Positions 1 through 8,510 of a stretch of 32,000 nt of DNA are shown here, in pieces. Within the stretch, counting starts at the first letter, position 1, and each line of letters opens with the position of its first letter. The translations under genes were made by a program, and so were the position numbers. This DNA comes from Candidatus Harpocratesius repetitus (GTDB lineage: Archaea > Asgardarchaeota > Lokiarchaeia > Sigyniarchaeales > Promethearchaeaceae), in the NCBI GenBank assembly GCA_021498095.1, contig JAIZWK010000001.1:60001-92000 (forward strand), read 5' to 3'. The notes under the pieces were generated by a model. That model did no database searches and was not told the origin of the DNA. It was given only the letters and a program-made list of their open reading frames with translations.

Positions 1-1
1 T

Positions 2-658
2 ATAGGAAGCCCGAAAAAAGCAAAGAGTGCTTCAATGTCTCTAGGTTCATTTCTGACGAATTCTCTTCATGATTATGGGTTTGAAATTGAGATAAAATTC
101 CTTTATACTTCAATTGATAAAACAGATCAAATGGAAGCTCTTTTTTCAAAATTGGATCATGCAGATTTAGTCATTCTTTCCAGTCCCCTTTACGTTGACT
201 GTCTTCCAGCTGTAGTCATTAGATTTATGGAAAAATACCAAGAACATCGAGAAATAATTTCTACTCAGGATAATAGTTATAAATCAAAATTTGTTTCTAT
301 ATTAAACTGTGGATTTCCTGAAAGTGAACATAATCATATTGCTCTCTCCATTTGTAAACAGTTTTCATCTCGGATTCAATGGAAATGGTTAGGAGGATTA
401 GCAATTGGTATGGGGGGTTTTATTAGTGGCCGAAATATTAACCATTTAGGAGCACCTGTAAAAAAACTAACTCAATCATTGAAAATTGCTGCAGAATATA
501 TAAATAAAGGAGAGGAAATTCCTGAAAATATCTTGAGGGCAGTATCCTTACCTTTAATGCCAAAAAAAATGTATACTTCTATAGGTAATTTGGGTTGGAA
601 AAAAATGGCAAAGAATTTCAAAATGAAAAAACATCTGAAAGATAGACCTTATTCGTAA
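2..658 (+). CDS. Flavodoxin-fold NAD(P)H-dependent FMN reductase-like protein, 5'-partial (frame open to the window edge)
   Basis: The frame is open from nt 2 (IGSPKKAKSASMSLG, the GSP phosphate-binding loop), so the ATG at 35 is internal. Also has SSPLYVDCLP and ILNCGFPE motifs typical of flavodoxin-like FMN reductase families. Confidence 0.75.
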   Translation: MGSPKKAKSASMSLGSFLTNSLHDYGFEIEIKFLYTSIDKTDQMEALFSKLDHADLVILSSPLYVDCLPAVVIRFMEKYQEHREIISTQDNSYKSKFVSILNCGFPESEHNHIALSICKQFSSRIQWKWLGGLAIGMGGFISGRNINHLGAPVKKLTQSLKIAAEYINKGEEIPENILRAVSLPLMPKKMYTSIGNLGWKKMAKNFKMKKHLKDRPYS

Positions 659-971
659 TTCCATGATTTTTTAATTCCAAAATGATTTTAGATTTTTTAA
701 AATAGATCTTAATATTAGCAGAGTGATCTGTTTCCTTAAAATCACCTTCATGTTTTAGCATCATTTTTTTAATCATTGATAAGAGAAATCTTCCAGACTT
801 TCGTGAAGTTGCTATGTTCTTATGAATTTTTTTTAATTAAGTAGATTCTAACTAAGAAACTAATTTTATTCAACTTTGCGTAAAAATTATTTAAGTTGTC
901 CCCCTTACATGAAAGAAAACCGAAGTGCACTCTATAATTGAGCAGTATTTCCATTAATTAATTTTTTTATA

Positions 972-1343
972 TTGTCAAGCCTTTTTATCGTGGGCAAATA
1001 TTCTTGGTGCTTTGTCGTTTTAACACTGATAATTCAAATAATTGTTGTGATTAGCAATTTTAAAGCAATGTATGATGCTAAAGTCACACTTGATTTACTT
1101 TCTCCAGATTATCTGTCTTATAATATATTTAAAACCAAATATAAGCGAGGAATTGCACTCGCAAGATTTGCGATTATTTGGGCCTTTGTTTCAGCTGTGG
1201 TTATGGCAGGACTTGATACCTCTCTCGAAAGAAATATCCATTTATTTTTTATCATTTTTTATAGTTATTTACGAGGATGTTTTATCTTTTTTAATTTAAA
1301 CGCTTTTTTGAATAACATTCATATATCTCCGACTTATATCTGA
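972..1343 (+). CDS. Hypothetical membrane protein whose 3' end is replaced by a MITE insertion
   Basis: Three hydrophobic segments. Codons from 1272 onward come from the MITE. Removing the element and one TA gives an in-frame ending ...FYSYLRNSEIL* (stop at 1605-1607). The TTG start is uncertain. Confidence 0.4.
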   Translation: MSSLFIVGKYSWCFVVLTLIIQIIVVISNFKAMYDAKVTLDLLSPDYLSYNIFKTKYKRGIALARFAIIWAFVSAVVMAGLDTSLERNIHLFFIIFYSYLRGCFIFFNLNAFLNNIHISPTYI

Positions 1344-1584
1344 AATATCGCAATCTTCTTTTGTCGAACTCGTTTTTTTCAAAGAATTTGTTAAAAATAT
1401 ACCGTCTTGTTTATAAATTCTTCAATCTGAAGTCGATTTTATTATAATTTTTGATTTACATATCTTGAATTTGGCACCTTGGTAAAATCGACAAAAAATA
1501 AAGAAGACTATTTTGGATTTGAGTCTGAAGAATTAAGATGATGAAATGAAAAACTTCGAATCTTTGAAATTTAAAATACCCTCA
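1272..1584. mobile_element. MITE-like non-autonomous element, copy 1 (313 bp)
   Basis: About 90% identical to 12063-12376 by manual alignment (~30 differences). Imperfect 13-bp terminal inverted repeats (CGAGGATGTTTTA ... TAAAATACCCTCA), TA on both flanks, no shared ORF. Confidence 0.75.
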
Positions 1585-1632
1585 TAAGAAATAGCGAAAT
1601 TTTGTAAAATCATAGTATTAAAGAATTGTCAC

Positions 1633-2391
1633 TTATATAATCGAATAGGGAGAATTAGGCAGCTTTTTCTTGAATTTCTGCAAAATATCTTGAATCAAAG
1701 GATCGCTGGAAGGTAAATTCTCCTGGAGAAGCGTCAAAATTGAAGGTGAAGCCAGCATCAGCAGTAGTTTCCGATGTCGAGCCGTAAATCCGTGAGGGAA
1801 TGAATAGGGATCCAGGGAGACCGCTTTTTTTGAGCTGTGGATTTTGATGTATACAAACGCCATATCGGGAATGGTGGGCGGATTGAACGGAATCTCGAGT
1901 TTAGGAAATTTGCCGACTATTTCGGAATAGGTATATGTTTTAATATCCTTATTTGGCATTTTAATATAACTTAAAATAAAATCTATTTTGCGTGATTGAG
2001 AATCAAAATCCACCTTTTAATAAAAAAGGTCAAGTATTGCCTTTCGCTCCTCTGGATGAGGATGATTTATTTCATAAAAACAATCTTCAAAAACAGGATA
2101 GCCGTTTTTATCATAAGCCGGAATCGTAAAATTGGGACGAACTTGCCGTACGAAATACCATGCCAACCAGAAATTTGACTTGGGTAAGCCGTCTCGGGCT
2201 CGGGGCACTATTTCGGAAGAAGGAAACGGCATGATATACCATTCAAAACTGTAATCGCACGGATACTGCCGTAGATCGACATCGCATAAAATATAAAAAT
2301 CCTGCTCAAAATCGAGCACTTTCTCATACTGCCATGAAAATACAGGTATTTTTATCTCTGTATTTGCAGATTCATGCAGCAGAAACAGCAT
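1633..2391 (-). pseudogene. Paralog of the 7533-8510 hypothetical gene, split by an in-frame TAA
   Basis: ORFs 2017-2391 and 1633-2013 share a frame. TAA at 2017-2019 aligns with AAA (Lys) in the intact copy (TTT TAT TAA AAG GTG vs TAC TAT AAA AAG GTG). High nucleotide similarity from LRQYPC to the stop codon. Confidence 0.75.
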
Positions 2392-2439
2392 AATCCGAAG
2401 GGGGTCGTTATTAAAATGATCGAAAATCCTTGGAAACTG

Positions 2440-3003
2440 CTACTCAATTGCAGCTCGAATTTCAGGAACATTTAAATAAACTATACCCAACAATAAATTT
2501 AAATAATCGTTCCGTTCAAGCAGCGGGGTATATTTACCAATGATTTCGGCATTTTCTTGATACCATTTTATATATTGTCGGTCGGCAGAATAAATAATAG
2601 GTAGGTGCAGTGTGTTTAGGATGAAATTTGCATGGTCATCTTTATTCTTTCCGTAAGGGATTTTAATTATAGTATCAGTTTTTTTATCTATATGAATTAT
2701 ATATTCACCTGCGTCTAATGTTTCGGTTACAAATGCAAAAAACTTATTTAATATGAATATCGTATCCGTATAGCCTGCGCTTTTATAATCCTTTTTACTC
2801 ATTATTCTTCTTATCTGAATAGGATCTTTAAGATATGTCAAAAAGGTTTCATATAGCGAAGGATCAACTTTTCCGTATATCCTTTCCAAAATTTTCATTT
2901 TCTCCAGTATAAAGATAATTTCGATTTCGGAGTCGGCTTGAAATCTAAAAATATATTTATTGTCAAGATTTTCTGCGGTAGGCCAATCAAATTCTATTTT
3001 CAT
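2440..3003 (-). CDS. Hypothetical protein (~187 aa)
   Basis: Long ORF. The ATG at 3003 (MKIEFDWPTAE) is preferred over the 3108 start, which would overlap the opposite-strand gene. No motif recognised. Confidence 0.6.
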   Translation of the reverse strand: MKIEFDWPTAENLDNKYIFRFQADSEIEIIFILEKMKILERIYGKVDPSLYETFLTYLKDPIQIRRIMSKKDYKSAGYTDTIFILNKFFAFVTETLDAGEYIIHIDKKTDTIIKIPYGKNKDDHANFILNTLHLPIIYSADRQYIKWYQENAEIIGKYTPLLERNDYLNLLLGIVYLNVPEIRAAIE

Positions 3004-3079
3004 AATGCCTTTCTTTAAAAAAACTAGAGTTAAACAATTTGCGCGAAATAAAGGAGATTCCAATTCACCATACTTATAC

Positions 3080-3559
3080 ATGCTTAACAATAAACCTGAA
3101 ATTGCCATATTCGTATTTTTGGCAGTTATAATGGTGTTTCTTGCCTTAACTATTGTTATTGTTGTTTTAGTTAACTATAAAAAGGGTAAATTAAAGGAAA
3201 CACCAAATCTCATGCAGTTTAGTGAACGAGATTATCGTCCGGGAGAAGGATTTATTGATCAACATCCATAGAAAATTGGAAAAACCCGCACTTTGAAGGG
3301 GTTTTATGCCAGCGGTCATATTTCTTGGGAAAACTTTTTTGCCCCTTCAGAAAAAACGCCTGAAATACAAAAAAAACGTAATATAGCCGCTTGGATCATT
3401 TTTGGTTCGTTAGTAACTATATTTTCCATGTTTTTGGTGTTTGCTATGCTTGATATGATCTGGGCAATGATGTTTATGCTGGTGCTGATGATCTATTTAA
3501 TTTCTCTGATCACTGTAAATTTTCTAAGGATCAAAGTTTTTCGCAGGAGAAGGGCATGA
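3080..3559 (+). pseudogene. Small membrane protein gene interrupted by an in-frame TAG (or two tiny membrane genes)
   Basis: ORF 3080-3271 (one TM) and ORF 3293-3559 (two TM) are in the same frame, separated only by TAG at 3269-3271 (QHP*KIGKTRTLKGFY). Confidence 0.5.
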
Positions 3560-3606
3560 AACTCGAAATTTGAGCATTTCTCCTCTTTTTTAATTGCTCT
3601 TTATGA

Positions 3607-3707
3607 TTATTTGAAAGTTTTAGAAAATGCCCATATTGGATCGGTCAAGGAATGAATATAATTGATTATTTTTCCCTTTTCCATTGAATTCATATCCTCA
3701 CTGGAAT
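3607..3707 (-). repeat. Displaced copy of the 3' end of the PUA gene (att-like direct repeat, copy A)
   Basis: 101 nt with 8 mismatches to 6881-6981. Encodes SSEDMNSMEKGKIINYIHSLTDPIWAFSKTFK* and ends exactly at the stop codon. Confidence 0.9.
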
Positions 3708-3737
3708 TTAAAAAAAGAGAATAAAGCCAGTTATCTA

Positions 3738-4400
3738 TTAGTTTGTTGTATGTTTTGTATTTTTTCCCAAGTCCTGCAGCTTTTCCTTAGCTTTTTTTAT
3801 CACTATTTTCTTTGCTTCTTCAATAGCGATGTCTTTTGCTTGGTTTAATACAATTTTTGTGACTTCATTTTCGGCAATTTCCTTAACTTTTTCTTTAGCT
3901 ATTTCAAGTTTAGGTTTTGATGCTTCAGCAGTTTCTTTTGCTTTCTCTCCCAGCTCACGGGCTTTTTTTTTCGTTACTTCCATTGTTTTTTCTCCTAATT
4001 CACGAGCTTTTTCTTTAGCTATTTCAAGTTTAGGTTTTGATGCTTCAGCAGTTTCTTTTGCTTTCTCTCCCAGCTCACGGGCTTTTTTTTTCGTTACTTC
4101 CATTGTTTTTTCTCCTAATTCACGAGCTTTTTCTTTAGCTATTTCAAGTTTAGGTTTTGATGCTTCAGCAGTTTCTTTTGCTTTCTCTCCCAGCTCACGG
4201 GCTTTTTTTTTGGTTACTTCCATTGTTTTTTCTCCTAATTCACGAGCTTTTTCTTTAGCTACTTCAAGATTAGGTTTTGACGCTTCAGCAGTTTCTTTTG
4301 CTTTCTCTCCCAGTTCATGGGCTTTTTTTTTGGTTACTTCCATTGTTTTTTCTCCTAATTCACGAGCTTTTTTTTTAGCTATTTCTAATTTATCAAACAT
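3738..4400 (-). CDS. Lys/Glu/Ala-rich amphipathic helical repeat protein (LEA/apolipoprotein-like composition)
   Basis: About 4 tandem 40-aa units (KLEIAKEKARELGEKTMEVTKKKARELGEKAKETAEASKP). GGAGG lies 8 nt upstream of ATG 4400; an alternative ATG is at 4415. Confidence 0.8.
   Translation of the reverse strand: MFDKLEIAKKKARELGEKTMEVTKKKAHELGEKAKETAEASKPNLEVAKEKARELGEKTMEVTKKKARELGEKAKETAEASKPKLEIAKEKARELGEKTMEVTKKKARELGEKAKETAEASKPKLEIAKEKARELGEKTMEVTKKKARELGEKAKETAEASKPKLEIAKEKVKEIAENEVTKIVLNQAKDIAIEEAKKIVIKKAKEKLQDLGKNTKHTTN
3887..4388. repeat. 120-bp coding tandem repeat, ~4.2 copies
   Basis: Successive 120-nt blocks starting at 3887, 4007, 4127 and 4247 are near identical; partial fifth unit. 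Confidence 0.95.
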
Positions 4401-4459
4401 TGAAATGTCCTCCATTTTCTTTTAGATTATAAAAAAAAATTCTCCTATTTTTAGTTTTT

Positions 4460-5872
4460 TTAGGATTCTTCAATCAATTCTTCTGTTCCATCCCAATTTT
4501 CGTCCCAAAATCGAGGTGGTTTTTTATTCACATGAACCGAGAGTTTATCCGATTCACGACGAATTTTTTCAGCTACCGGTGCCCAATCTTTTGAAATTTG
4601 TTGACATTTATCTGTTAGATCATCCACTGATTCTTTATCAAGCATTTGAGTGGATTTTGCATTTGATGTATGCACCATCTCTTTTAATTTGTCGGGGTTA
4701 TCAAGCAAGGGACATGGCCGCAGATAATTTTTATTAAATGGCTGATTTTGATTATATTGCTTAAATAGTGGAGATTTTAGAGATTCTAATAAACTTACAT
4801 CTTTGATGTTCACATTTGAATAATGGATAAAAGCACAAGGTTCCACATCTCCATGTGCATTTATATGTAGATAGCTTCTTCCTCCTGCAATACAACCTCT
4901 TGAATAATCTCCATCATTCCAAAAATCAATCATTAAAATTGGTTTAGTTTCTCGAAACTTCCGAACTTGATCAAACATAAATTTTCTTTGTTCTGGACTA
5001 CATAACAAATCCATCTCAGCATCTTTTCCTAATGGGATATAAGTAAATAGCCAAGCGTAACTTGCACCCATTTTAATCATATAATCAATATATTCCTCAG
5101 ATCCAATAACTTTTGTATTTTTACTATGGTAACATGAGGAAATACCAAACATCACTCCGTGTTTTTTAAGAAGTCTCATAGCATTCATTATTTTCTGATA
5201 GGTTCCCTTTCCTCGACGAAAATCTGTTTCTTCTTCAAAACCTTCTACACTAATAGCTAGAGTAAAATTTCCTACTTCAGCTAAAGCCTTAGCAAACTCG
5301 TCATCAACTAAAGTTGCATTTGTAAATGCCAAAAAGAAGCAATCTTGATGTTTCTTTGCTAATTTAAGTAAATCATTTCTTCTGATTGTTGGTTCTCCAC
5401 CGGAATACAAATACCAATAAATTCCTAAATCTTTTCCTTCTTTGATAATTCTGTCCATTAAATCAAAACTAAGATTATCTGTTTTCTTATATTCAGCAGC
5501 CCAACATCCTTTACACTTTAAATTACATGAAGATGTCGGATCCATAAGAACAGCAATTGGAATATTACAATGGTGCTTTCTCATTAATTTTTGACTCTTT
5601 TTTACACCAACCATTGCCGTATTTACGCCAAAATTCCTCACAAAACTTTTTACTGTTTTTGAATTTGTATTTTCCATTAAATTTACAAGAAATTGATACA
5701 TCGGATTTTTCTCATCATAAAATGCTTGTAAATATCCTTTTTGAATGGAATTCGAAGCAAATCTTTCAACTCCCTTAACTAGCTTAGGAAGTCTTTTCTT
5801 GGGATTTTTTAACACATAACTAGCTGCTAAATTTAATCCCAAACTATTAATAAAATACTTTGGATTTAACAT
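4460..5872 (-). CDS. Radical SAM protein with C-terminal SPASM/Twitch-type region
   Basis: CxxxCxxC (DPTSSCNLKCKGCWAAEY), GGEP motif, FTNAT. C-terminal GCIAGG...GDVEPC...RPCP cysteines. AGGTG RBS upstream. Confidence 0.92.
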   Translation of the reverse strand: MLNPKYFINSLGLNLAASYVLKNPKKRLPKLVKGVERFASNSIQKGYLQAFYDEKNPMYQFLVNLMENTNSKTVKSFVRNFGVNTAMVGVKKSQKLMRKHHCNIPIAVLMDPTSSCNLKCKGCWAAEYKKTDNLSFDLMDRIIKEGKDLGIYWYLYSGGEPTIRRNDLLKLAKKHQDCFFLAFTNATLVDDEFAKALAEVGNFTLAISVEGFEEETDFRRGKGTYQKIMNAMRLLKKHGVMFGISSCYHSKNTKVIGSEEYIDYMIKMGASYAWLFTYIPLGKDAEMDLLCSPEQRKFMFDQVRKFRETKPILMIDFWNDGDYSRGCIAGGRSYLHINAHGDVEPCAFIHYSNVNIKDVSLLESLKSPLFKQYNQNQPFNKNYLRPCPLLDNPDKLKEMVHTSNAKSTQMLDKESVDDLTDKCQQISKDWAPVAEKIRRESDKLSVHVNKKPPRFWDENWDGTEELIEES

Positions 5873-5906
5873 TTAATACACCTTTAGTATTATAAACAAT
5901 TAATTA

Positions 5907-5931
5907 AAACAATCATTTAAAACTATTGTTT
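5907..5931. promoter_or_regulatory. Candidate TetR operator (25-bp imperfect palindrome)
   Basis: AAACAATCATTTAAAACTATTGTTT lies between the divergent radical SAM and TetR genes, with perfect 7-bp outer arms. The operator role is inference. Confidence 0.45.
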
Positions 5932-6013
5932 GACTTTATTTAATAAGAAAAATCGTTTTTAAATAAATGCAAAAACAAATATTTATTATTAATATACTAG
6001 AGTTGATTAAGTA

Positions 6014-6592
6014 TTGAAGGAAAAACTTTCAAAGAAAGATAAAATTATAAACGCTGCCCTCAAAATCATAACTGAAAGAGGAAACATGAATTTTACTATA
6101 CGTGAAGTCGTATTGGATGCAGATGTTAATATTGCTTCTGTAAATTATTATTTTGGAACCAAAAGGAAATTAATTCAAGAAATTGAAAAAAAATTCATTC
6201 GAAGACTTTTAGATTTTCAGAGTATTTTGGCAAATCCTCAATCATCACCACAAGAACAGCTATTTGAATGGGCTTGTACATTAATTGAAGAATTAATAAA
6301 AAATCCAGGAATAGTTTTAATTTTAAGCAACAAATTAATTTTAACTGAACAATTTGATGAGGACATTGAATTATTTATTAAAGAGAATAATCAATATCTG
6401 AATTCAATTATTAAAAAAATTACAGGAATTGAAGATGATGAAATAATCCAATTAAAAACTACCCGAATTAATGCAGATCTATTTTTCCCTATGCTTTTTA
6501 TTAAAAATTCTGAAAAAATCTTCGGTTTTTCTATCCAAGATGCTGAAATCCGAAAAAAATATGTAAAATCAGTCATTGATTCAATTTTATAA
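6014..6592 (+). CDS. TetR/AcrR family transcriptional regulator
   Basis: N-terminal KDKIINAALKII...FTIREVVLDADVNIASVNYYFGTKRKL is the TetR HTH signature. Divergent from the radical SAM gene. Confidence 0.9.
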   Translation: MKEKLSKKDKIINAALKIITERGNMNFTIREVVLDADVNIASVNYYFGTKRKLIQEIEKKFIRRLLDFQSILANPQSSPQEQLFEWACTLIEELIKNPGIVLILSNKLILTEQFDEDIELFIKENNQYLNSIIKKITGIEDDEIIQLKTTRINADLFFPMLFIKNSEKIFGFSIQDAEIRKKYVKSVIDSIL

Positions 6593-6880
6593 ATCAAATA
6601 GGATATAGATTAGAAGAAAAAAGATGGAAACTGTAGTTGATTTGGGAGATTTTGTTGTAATTCAGCCTTAGTAAAATTATCGAATGAACACCAATTTTCC
6701 CAGTGCAAGGGAGAACCACAACTTTCGATTCATACCAAAATGATAACCCATATCGTTCTTCTAATGAAATTTTAGAATCTTTGAGGGATAGCGTTCTAAA
6801 TTCATTTTAATTTGATTGGTTATATGATAATTTTCAAGGCGATGAAAGAATTTTTACCCAATTGAGAAGCATTCTCACTA

Positions 6881-6981
6881 TTATTTGAAGGATTTTGAAA
6901 ACGCCCATATTGGATCGGTTAAGGAATGAATACATTTGATTATTTTTCCCTTTTCCATTGAATCCATATCCTCACTGGAAT
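6881..6981 (-). repeat. 3' end of the PUA gene (att-like direct repeat, copy B)
   Basis: 93/101 identical to 3607-3707. Confidence 0.9.
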
Positions 6982-7407
6982 ATAAAACTTCTCCCACGGA
7001 CAAAATGCGCCCGTGAGAAGGATCTTCAACCAATACTACATCTCCTGGTAATATTCCCTTATCAATCTCGGTGACCCCGGGTCTCATTACATCTGCTCCC
7101 TTAGACATAAACTTCACCGCCCCCAAATCGACTTTTACCCGAGGATAAGGCAACTTATGATTCATTAAATAACTTAGTAATGGGATAGATTTTCCCTCTT
7201 TAACCCAAAAAGTTAGGACTCCATTAATGGCGTAAATTTCTTGGTTTCCGTCCAATTTCATCCATTCCACCCAATCTTTGGTGGAAACAATTTGTTTAAG
7301 TTCTTCTTGGGAAAGACTCAATTGTTCTGCAAATTTTGCCCAAATTTTTTTATATCTTTAGATTTTAGCATATGACGTTGATGAATTTTTAAGGGTTCTG
7401 GTGCCAT
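6881..7407 (-). CDS. Archaeal PUA-domain RNA-binding protein (MCT-1/Tma20-like), apparent 1-nt frameshift near the 5' end
   Basis: VKVDLGAVKFMSKGADVMRPGV...GKIIKCIHSLTDPIW is a typical PUA C-terminus. ATG 7407 (MAPEPLKIHQRHMLKSKDIKK) joins the main ORF if the A7 run (T7 at 7345-7351) is A8. Confidence 0.85.
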
Positions 7408-7532
7408 TCGGTTTTCTCACGAAATTAACTTCAATTGAATGATCAAAATAAAAGAAAAAAAATACACCGTCGAATCAGGATCCAGCGGATCTGGCCGTAA
7501 AAGTGAACTTCAGCCCCGTCGGGCAGAAAAAC

Positions 7533-8510
7533 TCATATAATCGAATAGGGAGAATTGGGCAGCTTTTTCTTGAATTTCTGCAAAATATCTTGAATCAAAG
7601 GATCGCTGGAAGGCAGATTTTCCTGTAGAAGCGCAAGAATTGAAGGTGTAGCCAACATCAGCAGAAGTTTCCGATGTCGAGCCGTAAATCCATGAGGGAA
7701 GGAATTAGGATCGAGAGAAACACTTTTTTTTGAGCCGTTGATTTTGATGTATGCAAATGCCATATCAGGAATGGTGGGCGGATTGAACGGAATCTCGAGC
7801 TTGGGAAATTTACCGACTATTTCAGAATAGGTATACGTTTTAATATCCATATCTGAGTATCTAATATAATTTAAAATAAAATTTATTTTGCTAGATTGTG
7901 ATTTAAAATCCACCTTTTTATAGTAAAAGTCAAGTATTGCCCTTCGCTCCTCTGGATAAGGATGATTTATTTCATAAAAACAATCTTCAAAAACCGGATA
8001 GCCGTTTTTATCATAAGCCGGAATCGGAAAATTGGGACGAACTTGCCGTACGAAATACCATGCCAACCAGAAATTTGATTCGGGTAAGCCATCTCGGGCT
8101 CGCGGCACGATTTCGGAAGAAGGAAACGGCATGACAAACTTACTAAAACTGTAATTGCACGGATACTGCCGTAGATTGACTCCCATCACCCAGAAATAGT
8201 GCATGACCTTAAAATGATATTTAGTTTCGTAAGGAATAGGTTCGGGAAATGGAAAATAGATCCTTGAAGGAATAAAGCAGGGAGAAAGCGATTTCGGGTC
8301 GAGTAGGCACTCATAGTGGTAAAAACGCCAATACGGATGAAGGGAAACGCCGAAGTCATCAGTTGGAATATTAATCGGAAGTGGAAGCCCGTATTGAAAC
8401 CCGAAAGGATATTCATCCTCCGGAGCGAGTGGAAACCGCTCGAAATCATCGTCATCATATTCATTTGTATAATTATCATCATTATAGATATTGTTAAAAT
8501 ATTTTATCAT
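7533..8510 (-). CDS. Hypothetical Pro/aromatic-rich protein with acidic N-terminus (intact paralog)
   Basis: 325-aa ORF, visibly more GC-rich than its flanks. Many differences from the 1633-2391 copy are at third codon positions, supporting coding status. No family recognised. Confidence 0.8.
   Translation of the reverse strand: MIKYFNNIYNDDNYTNEYDDDDFERFPLAPEDEYPFGFQYGLPLPINIPTDDFGVSLHPYWRFYHYECLLDPKSLSPCFIPSRIYFPFPEPIPYETKYHFKVMHYFWVMGVNLRQYPCNYSFSKFVMPFPSSEIVPRARDGLPESNFWLAWYFVRQVRPNFPIPAYDKNGYPVFEDCFYEINHPYPEERRAILDFYYKKVDFKSQSSKINFILNYIRYSDMDIKTYTYSEIVGKFPKLEIPFNPPTIPDMAFAYIKINGSKKSVSLDPNSFPHGFTARHRKLLLMLATPSILALLQENLPSSDPLIQDILQKFKKKLPNSPYSII

Noticed and set aside
3887-4388. CRISPR array
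   Set aside because: Contiguous 120-bp coding repeats with no unique spacers.
3829-4425. 198-aa plus-strand ORF
   Set aside because: Antisense shadow of the helical repeat gene.
3738-5872. Repeat protein as a RiPP precursor for the radical SAM enzyme
   Set aside because: No leader/core layout, no RRE, peptidase or transporter, and the repeats lack the usual Cys or aromatic crosslinking residues.
6600-6880. Possible decayed gene fragment (plus strand ...DSYQNDNPYRSSNEILESLRDS...)
   Set aside because: Several stops and no recognisable motif; cannot be supported.
7470-7530. GC-rich hairpins (GATCC-AGC-GGATC; GCCC-CGTC-GGGC) as a tRNA or ncRNA
   Set aside because: No cloverleaf or T-loop; stems are only 4-5 bp. 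At most part of a terminator for the 7533-8510 gene.
1633-8510. Paralog pair as a DGR template/variable repeat
   Set aside because: Differences are not adenine-restricted and many are synonymous; no reverse transcriptase in the window.
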